A stretch of 23,462 bases of DNA from Candidatus Zixiibacteriota bacterium. GTDB taxonomy: Bacteria > Zixibacteria > MSB-5A5 > GN15 > FEB-12. Shown one piece after another: positions 17,028 to 23,462 of the stretch. Numbering within the stretch: position 1 is the stretch's first letter; every line of letters starts with the position of its first letter. The DNA lies in assembly GCA_041742355.1 (NCBI GenBank), contig JBGSIV010000049.1, positions 1 to 23,462 on the forward strand, read 5' to 3'. Under the pieces are notes generated by a model. That model saw only the letters and a list, made by a program, of their open reading frames with translations, made no database searches and was not told where the DNA came from. Made by a program: the position numbers and the translations under genes.

Positions 17028-19100
17028 TCACTCCTCGGGCGAGGCGCCCCGCGCCAGCAGCATCTCTACCAAAAGGAGGGCCGCCGCGATCCACAGGAAA
17101 ACCTGCCACAGCTCCCGTCCGAACCGGAACTCGGATATCATGGACGCCAGGTCGGCCTCCTGCGGCAGCTCGCGGTGCTCCATCGCCCCGATCGCCAGCG
17201 CAAACTGCGCGGCATCGACCGCCGCCAGATTGCACTCCTCGGGATCGACATTCACCGCGAACCGATCGACCTCCTGCCCGGCGTAACGAATCTGGTACAT
17301 TCCCGGAAGATCCGTCGGCTTTGCCCGCAGCAGAAGCCGCCCCTCCGCCTCCTCCGGCGTCAGGTAGTAGCGGCTCGAATCGGGCGCCAACAGCTCCATC
17401 GATCCGGAAATCGCGCCGGCCGGCGAGATCGTCCGCGCCACATTCATCCCGGCGTACACATTCATATCGTAACTCGACAAATCGGCCGCGAGGTACTCCG
17501 CCATCCGCGACACCAGCGGCACGAAAAAGGCATGCCCCGTGATATCCGAGTACGACGGCGCCAGCGGCCCCAGAAACGTTAGCACCCGCCCGCCCCCGTA
17601 CGATGACTCCACCAGCGCCGGGCGCTTGCCCGAAAACGACGCGATCTCCTTGACCTCCCCGATCGTGTGCACCTTCGGCAGCGTGAAAAACTTCAGGTTG
17701 GGCAGCCCCGGCGTGAAATCGAACACCGAAAACACCGGGTGCTCCAGCGTCACCGACTCGAGCGTGTAGTACCCGGCCCGCGTGAAATCGGCCCGCGCCG
17801 CCTCATCGATTATCACTCCCGCCAGCTCCGCCCAGTTCCGGTTGAAAAACGCCACGTCGGTCGGGCCGCTGTACGTCACCAGGAGCGAACTCCCCTGCCG
17901 TACCGCCGCCTTGATCCGCGCCACATACGCCTCGTTCATCGTCGGCGCACCCGCCAGCACGATCACATCGTACTGCGACAGGTTCACTGTCCCCAGCTCC
18001 TCCGGCCGCGCCTGCTTGACCGACCAGTACTGGTTGACCGTCACCGCAGGCGCCAGCGCGAGATTGATGTAATCCGCCGCCTGATCGCCCGTCACGATAA
18101 GAACCGTGAACTGCTCCGGAATCCGGAACGTGAAATTCCGACGGTTATCCGATGGAAACTTGTCGTCCGACAACTCCACCCACCCGGAGTGAAACCCGCC
18201 CCGATTCACCGCGTGCGTGAAGCGCACCGCCTGTTCGCCGCCCGACGGCAGCACGACATCGGTCTGCGCCACCCGGCGGCCATCGAGGTACAGCGAGGCG
18301 ATCACGTCCCGCTGCTCGTTCTGACCGTAGTTGCGCACCTGCGCCACCACCTCGAAATCGTGCCCCGGCACCAGCAGCTGCCCGCCGAAATCCAGTTTCG
18401 TGATCCCGATATTCTCCGCATCCTCCTGCGGCAGCTCCACCAGGTACACCTGCACATTCTCAACACCGTCGAGCCGCAGGCCGCTGTCGGGCAGCGTGGC
18501 GCGCTGATTGTCCGTGACGAGATAGATCTCCCGATTGAGGTTCGCCGCCTGCCCGATCAGATCCGACGCCCGCGCAAGCGCTCCCTGCAGGTCCGCCCGG
18601 CCGTACCCCGGCACGATGCGCGCCAGCTCTTCTTTGGCCACCGCCGCCGACCCGAACCGCGTGCGCGTCTCGACCGCCTCGGCCGCGCTCATCGCCAGCA
18701 GCTTCACCTCGTCCGACTCGCCGAACGTCCCGAGCAGCTTGTCCGTCCGCTGTTTGGCGATATCGAACAGGTTGCCGTCGCGCACGAACCGGTTCATCGA
18801 AGCCGAATTGTCGAACAGCACCACCGCCGAAACCGACGCATGCGAACCCACCGCGCCCCCCTCGGTCGTCGGCCGCGCAAACGCCAGCACCAGCGCCAGG
18901 ATAATCGCCATGCGCAACGCCAATAGCAGCAGCTGGCGGATCTTCAACCGCCGCACCTGCCGCTTCTGCATCTCCTTGAGGTGCTTGAGCGACGAAAACT
19001 CGACCACCTTCACCCGCCGCTTCGAAAACAGGTGGATGAGCAGTGGTATCAGCGCCGCTAAAGCCGCGAACAGAACGCTCGAATTGAGAAAATTGAACAC
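17028..19100 (-). CDS. BatA-domain / vWA-domain membrane-anchored protein
   Basis: N-terminal BatA pattern (FLN...IPLLIHLF...FSSL...LLLALR...LAFARP), MIDAS-like DNSASM, Ig-like and glutamine-amidotransferase-like segments, and a C-terminal ELWQVFL TM helix. Confidence 0.85.
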   Translation of the reverse strand: MFNFLNSSVLFAALAALIPLLIHLFSKRRVKVVEFSSLKHLKEMQKRQVRRLKIRQLLLLALRMAIILALVLAFARPTTEGGAVGSHASVSAVVLFDNSASMNRFVRDGNLFDIAKQRTDKLLGTFGESDEVKLLAMSAAEAVETRTRFGSAAVAKEELARIVPGYGRADLQGALARASDLIGQAANLNREIYLVTDNQRATLPDSGLRLDGVENVQVYLVELPQEDAENIGITKLDFGGQLLVPGHDFEVVAQVRNYGQNEQRDVIASLYLDGRRVAQTDVVLPSGGEQAVRFTHAVNRGGFHSGWVELSDDKFPSDNRRNFTFRIPEQFTVLIVTGDQAADYINLALAPAVTVNQYWSVKQARPEELGTVNLSQYDVIVLAGAPTMNEAYVARIKAAVRQGSSLLVTYSGPTDVAFFNRNWAELAGVIIDEAARADFTRAGYYTLESVTLEHPVFSVFDFTPGLPNLKFFTLPKVHTIGEVKEIASFSGKRPALVESSYGGGRVLTFLGPLAPSYSDITGHAFFVPLVSRMAEYLAADLSSYDMNVYAGMNVARTISPAGAISGSMELLAPDSSRYYLTPEEAEGRLLLRAKPTDLPGMYQIRYAGQEVDRFAVNVDPEECNLAAVDAAQFALAIGAMEHRELPQEADLASMISEFRFGRELWQVFLWIAAALLLVEMLLARGASPEE

Positions 19101-19106
19101 GGTACT

Positions 19107-21005
19107 TTACTTCTGGGTGTACGGTTTGTTCACGTAGCGCTGGGCCTCGGCCTGCGTGTATGCCGCCGCCATGCCCGAAAGCACCCGACCGTAGTAGTCG
19201 TTCGCCACCGCATGGTCGCCCAGTACATCGGCCGCCTTGCCCAGCCACAGGTTAATCACGCCCACGTAGAACGGCCGGGTCTCCAGAAACAGCGCCGTCT
19301 CAAGCGCCGTCCGGGCCCCTTCGGTGTCGCCCGCTCCGAGCGCCGCCGCCCCGAACCAGAGGTAGGCCGTCGCCAGCGACGGCGACGCCTGCACCTGCTG
19401 CTGGAATATCGCCATCGCCTCGGTGAAATACGTCTTCGCCCGGGCCCGATCGGCCTGCGACGGCTTCGTGCGCAGGATCTCGCCGAGAATGATGCGACTC
19501 TCCCCCTGCGGCGACTGCGCCTGGGGATTGCTCACGATCTCGACCAGGAGCGACTCCGCCGTCGCCGTTTCGCCCGCAAACAGGTGGCTGAGCGCCAGGT
19601 TGAACGTGAGCATCTGATTCGACGGCTCCAGCGCCAGCCCCTTGCGCAGGTTCTCCCGCGCCTGGGGATACAGGCCGTTCATCATCTGGTACGCCGCCAC
19701 CGACATCCAGTTGTGCGGCGACTCTTCCTCGAGCCCCGCGTGCGCCAGCGCGGCGTCGGCCGCCGCGTAGTAGTTCCCCTCGTAGAAATAGGCCTGCTTG
19801 AGGTTCAACAGGCTGAACATCGAGTCGACCCGCTGCGTCGAACGATCCAGCATCGCCTGCGCGTACTCCTGCATCCGGCCGTAGCTCATCGTCGCCTCGG
19901 CCCGCTCGACCTCCTGCGCCAGCTGCGGGAAACGGATGGTGAACGTATCCACATAGGTACGCCACTCGCTCTCGAGTTCTTTGATCGGCTTGCCGAATAT
20001 CGTGACGAGCTTCGTCCGCAGATTCAGGTCGTGCGACTGCTCGTAGAGGTTCTTGAACGGCCCGATCCCGTACGTGTCGATAAGGTACTTCACGAATGTC
20101 CCCGCCACCCGATCGGCCAGCACCGGATCCGCCTCAAGGTACGCATAGGTATCCAGGAGCGAATCCAGCGGCACAACCGTCCCGGCCTTGAGCAGCTTCT
20201 TCATGTCGAATATGGCCAGCGTCAGGTAATTAGCCGCCCCCTCCGACAGGATCGGCGGCGCGTACCCCCAGCTGCGCAGAAGCGCCGTCTGATTGATCAC
20301 AAACGGATCGGTGGAGCTAAGCCCGTTGGACAGCAGCGTGAACGCCGCACTGCGCGTCGGATTCACCGCCTGCCCGTAACGCTGATCCCACAGCACCGAC
20401 GGCAGCGCACAGGGCGCCATGTAGACCGAGAACTTGCCCGGCAGCGAGAACTTGAAGAACTCCTGGAACTCCCGGTAGTGGTATTCCATCACCCCTTTGT
20501 AGGTCTGGAAATAGAAATCGGCGAATGAATTGGGAATCGTGTAGAGATCGAGGTTCGCCGACGGCTGCCCGCGGAACCCCCCCTGCTGGTGGTGATCGAA
20601 CGGGCACTGCGCCGTATCCACCTCGCGGCGAGCTAGCGGCGAAAGCGTCAGCGCGTATGTCACGCCCCCTTTGCCGACAATCCCGTCCAACCGCGCCGGC
20701 AGACCGTACTCCACCGCGTAGCTGCGCCCATACGTCTTCGCCGGCGGACCGAGCGTAATAACGTGCGCGAGGAACTGCGCCTGCACCGAATCGGCTTCCT
20801 TCAGTTCGATATCCAGCGACATCGAGAGAAAGAAGCCCGATGCGGTCACTCCTTCGACCACCGTGGCCGTGTCGGCCAGCAAAAGGACCGAACCGGCCGA
20901 GTCCTGCTGGCGGATCGAAATGGCAAAATCCACCGCGTCGGCGGCATACCCGGCCGCTCCCGACAGCAGGCTCAGGACCACTGCGAGGATGATGATTCTT
21001 CTCAT
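19107..21005 (-). CDS. Exported protein: peptidase-MA-like domain lacking HExxH plus C-terminal TPR repeats
   Basis: Signal peptide; PPILSEGAANY and GTFVKYLIDTYG motifs; TPR-like A..L.P repeats after about residue 360. Confidence 0.7.
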   Translation of the reverse strand: MRRIIILAVVLSLLSGAAGYAADAVDFAISIRQQDSAGSVLLLADTATVVEGVTASGFFLSMSLDIELKEADSVQAQFLAHVITLGPPAKTYGRSYAVEYGLPARLDGIVGKGGVTYALTLSPLARREVDTAQCPFDHHQQGGFRGQPSANLDLYTIPNSFADFYFQTYKGVMEYHYREFQEFFKFSLPGKFSVYMAPCALPSVLWDQRYGQAVNPTRSAAFTLLSNGLSSTDPFVINQTALLRSWGYAPPILSEGAANYLTLAIFDMKKLLKAGTVVPLDSLLDTYAYLEADPVLADRVAGTFVKYLIDTYGIGPFKNLYEQSHDLNLRTKLVTIFGKPIKELESEWRTYVDTFTIRFPQLAQEVERAEATMSYGRMQEYAQAMLDRSTQRVDSMFSLLNLKQAYFYEGNYYAAADAALAHAGLEEESPHNWMSVAAYQMMNGLYPQARENLRKGLALEPSNQMLTFNLALSHLFAGETATAESLLVEIVSNPQAQSPQGESRIILGEILRTKPSQADRARAKTYFTEAMAIFQQQVQASPSLATAYLWFGAAALGAGDTEGARTALETALFLETRPFYVGVINLWLGKAADVLGDHAVANDYYGRVLSGMAAAYTQAEAQRYVNKPYTQK

Positions 21006-21041
21006 TGTATTCTTATACTCTCGGGAACGGTTCCGGACGCG

Positions 21042-21782
21042 CTATTGTGCGGCGTCGTCGTCGAGCGCCACCAGGCGGCCGTCGATCAGCACCGGCAGCA
21101 CCGGAAGCGAATCGACCGCGGCTGCGGTGTCAACATCCGCCGCAAACCCCAATTCGGTCAGGCGGCGGCCATGTTCGCCCTGCTGAATCGTCTTCTTCAG
21201 CGCGCTCTTATTCGACCGGTACAACAGCAGCGCCAGGGAACCGGCATCGTTGAGGGTGAGATTGCACTTGTGCTCCGTGGCCAGGAGGTGAATGAGCATC
21301 CCGGCGCAAATGGTGTCCTCGATCGAGAACCCCCCTTCCTGCCCGGAACAGGCGATCACCAGATCGTGCCCTGCCTCGGCCACCTTCTTCGCCACCCGGC
21401 TGACATTGACCAGCGCCCCGCATATGACCAGGTCGGCGCCCACCGTATCGCGGTAAACCGCCGTACCGTTGGTCGTCGTCATTATCACGAACTTGCCGGC
21501 CACCACCTCCGGGACAAATTCCGACGGTGAGTTGCCCAGCTTGAAATTCTCGATCCGCACATTCTCCCGCTCGCCGGCCAGCACCGCCATATCACTGCCG
21601 AGCTTGTTCCACATCTCCGCCGCCTCACCCGGACCCGGGGTCGGAATGACCCCCTTGGCCCCTGCCTTGATCGCGGCGCAGGTCGTGGTCGATGATCGCA
21701 GGACATCGATAGCCACAACCGTCCGGCCGGACACTTTGGCCCGGCCCAGCGGAATCGGCGTGAGAAACAGGTCGACCAGCAT
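21042..21782 (-). CDS. comB: 2-phosphosulfolactate phosphatase family protein
   Basis: Motifs IDVLRSSTT, LAGER, GNSPSE, TTTNGT and EDTICAG. Start set at MLVDLF (21782), 7 nt after the gcvT stop. Confidence 0.88.
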   Translation of the reverse strand: MLVDLFLTPIPLGRAKVSGRTVVAIDVLRSSTTTCAAIKAGAKGVIPTPGPGEAAEMWNKLGSDMAVLAGERENVRIENFKLGNSPSEFVPEVVAGKFVIMTTTNGTAVYRDTVGADLVICGALVNVSRVAKKVAEAGHDLVIACSGQEGGFSIEDTICAGMLIHLLATEHKCNLTLNDAGSLALLLYRSNKSALKKTIQQGEHGRRLTELGFAADVDTAAAVDSLPVLPVLIDGRLVALDDDAAQ

Positions 21783-21789
21783 ACCGGCC

Positions 21790-22887
21790 TTACTTATGCG
21801 TGCCATGTTTATAGAACGGCGGCTTCACCACCACTGCCTTGAATGCCTTGTCCCGAACTGCCACCGTCACCTCCGACCCGACCTTGCTCAGGTCGCGCGG
21901 CACATACCCCATCGCGATCGGCTTCTGCAGCGTGGGGGAGAAGGTCCCCGACGTCACCTGCCCGATCGTCTGCTTTCCGTCCGTAATCGGGTATCCGTGG
22001 CGAGGAAACGCCTTGCCTTCCAGCTCCAGGCAAACCAGCCGGCGCGTCGGCTTCTCGTCCCGCTGCTTCACCAGCACCGGCGTGCCGATAAACTCCTTGT
22101 CGAAATTCACGATCCACGACAGGCCCGCCTCAACCGGCGTCGTCGTGTCGTCGATGTCGTTGCCGTACAACGCCATCTTCATCTCCAGCCGCAACGAGTC
22201 GCGCGCCCCGAGCCCGATCAGCTTCATCCCGAACTCGCTGCCGGCCTCCATGAGCGCTTTCCACAGACGATCCGTATGCTGCGGCGGAATGTAAACCTCA
22301 AACCCGTCCTCGCCCGTATACCCCGTCCGCGAAAAGAGCAGGTTCGCCCCGCCTATGTCGGCCCGCGCCCAGGTGTAGTAGGGCATGCCCGCCAGATCGT
22401 GCTTCGTGATCTTGGTCACGACCTTTTCCGCATTCGGCCCCTGGACCGCCAGCAGGCTCGTCTCGGGCGACTTGTCCACCAGGGTCACATTCCCCGACAG
22501 GTGCGACTTCAGCCAGGCGAAATCCTTGGCGATATTCGACGCATTCACCACCAGCATGTACTCGGTGTCCCCCATGCGATACACCAGCAGGTCATCGACT
22601 ATCCCGCCGTGGTTCATCGTCATGCACGAGTACTGAATCTGCCCGATCTTCAGGTCCGCCACGTTGTTCGTGGTTGTCTTCTGGAGAAACGCCAGCGCAT
22701 CCGGCCCCTGCACTTCGAACTCACCCATGTGGGACAGGTCGAACATCCCCACATTGGTCCGCACCGCCTGGTGCTCATCGGTTATGCCGCTGTACTGGAT
22801 CGGCATACAAAAACCGGCGAACGGAACTACTTTGGCGCCGGCCTGGATATGGTAATCGTAAAAGGCAGTTTTGACAGCTTCCGACAT
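21790..22887 (-). CDS. gcvT: Glycine cleavage system aminomethyltransferase T
   Basis: Motifs FAGFCMPIQY, FDLSHMG, LVVNASN, SRTGYTGEDGFE and GLGARDSLRLE. Confidence 0.97.
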   Translation of the reverse strand: MSEAVKTAFYDYHIQAGAKVVPFAGFCMPIQYSGITDEHQAVRTNVGMFDLSHMGEFEVQGPDALAFLQKTTTNNVADLKIGQIQYSCMTMNHGGIVDDLLVYRMGDTEYMLVVNASNIAKDFAWLKSHLSGNVTLVDKSPETSLLAVQGPNAEKVVTKITKHDLAGMPYYTWARADIGGANLLFSRTGYTGEDGFEVYIPPQHTDRLWKALMEAGSEFGMKLIGLGARDSLRLEMKMALYGNDIDDTTTPVEAGLSWIVNFDKEFIGTPVLVKQRDEKPTRRLVCLELEGKAFPRHGYPITDGKQTIGQVTSGTFSPTLQKPIAMGYVPRDLSKVGSEVTVAVRDKAFKAVVVKPPFYKHGTHK

Positions 22888-22938
22888 TGCAGACTTCTTT
22901 CATTGACCCGCTTGCGGGCAGGTAGGTTTAGTCTGCTT

Positions 22939-22966
22939 AATGTAGAATCACCGCGCCAAATGTCAA
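22939..22966 (-). promoter_or_regulatory. Putative gcvT operon promoter
   Basis: TTGACA (22966-22961), 16-nt spacer, TACATT (22944-22939). Confidence 0.6.
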
Positions 22967-23102
22967 CAGCTACTTTGCCCCGCCGATCGGCCTGCGGCGG
23001 GCACTTTCACGCCCCCCCGCCGTTTCAGCATGTGGACTGCGCCTGCCCCTCCACCGGTCGCCGACTCCCCCGGGCGCGGTACAAAAACCGGAGGGAAATC
23101 CC

Positions 23103-23462
23103 ATGCGAATTATCTCTTTGCTGCTTACTATTGCCGTCGTGGTGATTATCTTGATCATACTCGGCGTCATCGGCTGCGGTACCCCCGCCGTCCACAGCGA
23201 CCGCGCCGCCGATCTCGATTTCTCGCGCTACCGGACCTTCCAGTGGACCGAGTACCGGGGCGACACCTCGCCCGAGATCGCGAAAGACCGCTTCGAACCG
23301 GCCATCATGAACGCGGTCAGCGAGGGATTGGCCGAGCGCGGCTTCGAAGAGACCGGCGCCAACCCCGATGTCCTGGTCGCCTACCATGTCGTGGTGACCG
23401 CCGGCATCGACCGCGACGAAATCGGCGTGTCGCCCGCCCGGCCCGTGGACCAGGCGCTGATC
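23103..23462 (+). CDS. DUF4136-like lipoprotein, N-terminal part (runs off the right edge; absent from the ORF track)
   Basis: GGAGGG SD and ATG at 23103. Translation MRIISLLLTIAVVVIILIILGVIG-C-GTPAVHSDRAADLDFSRYRTFQW...LAERGF...PDVLVAYH has a lipobox and the DFSxYxTFxW pattern. Confidence 0.8.
   Translation, partial: MRIISLLLTIAVVVIILIILGVIGCGTPAVHSDRAADLDFSRYRTFQWTEYRGDTSPEIAKDRFEPAIMNAVSEGLAERGFEETGANPDVLVAYHVVVTAGIDRDEIGVSPARPVDQALI

Noticed and set aside
22976..23003. GC-rich hairpin between the divergent gcvT and DUF4136 genes
   Set aside because: It has no clear function, the stem is imperfect, and such stems are expected at this GC content.

Overview
High-GC bacterial chromosomal window, mostly housekeeping and almost entirely encoded on the minus strand. 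The C-terminal 'QNYPNPFNPST...WDG.D..G...ATGVY.YR' (FlgD-Ig / T9SS-type-A-like) tail on the one large plus-strand gene suggests an FCB-superphylum lineage such as Zixibacteria (inference). From left to right: the 5' end of katG with an upstream Cys-less PerR/Irr-like Fur regulator and a palindromic operator; a Shewanella-like phosphatase and an LpxH-like hydrolase; a divergent 822-aa secreted protein; purL, preceded by a lower-GC hypothetical gene and two GTAG-type REP-like hairpins; an rpmE-DUF1385-prfA-[unknown membrane protein]-prmC-nth cluster; a tightly coupled seven-gene run (gcvT, comB-like phosphatase, dead-gluzincin/TPR protein, BatA/vWA protein, ABC-F, Isf-like flavoprotein, SAM methyltransferase); and the start of a DUF4136-like lipoprotein. 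I found no tRNA, rRNA, CRISPR array, transposase, integrase or defence system. The best candidates for novelty are: a membrane protein wedged between prfA and prmC whose His/Trp pattern resembles CcmC/CcsA haem-handling proteins; a MoxR-less BatA/vWA gene paired with an HExxH-less peptidase/TPR protein; a G-quadruplex/poly-G promoter upstream of the hypothetical-purL pair; a leaderless perR; an apparent domain insertion in the secreted protein; and a candidate L31 leader. All family assignments come from motif recognition by eye; no searches were run.
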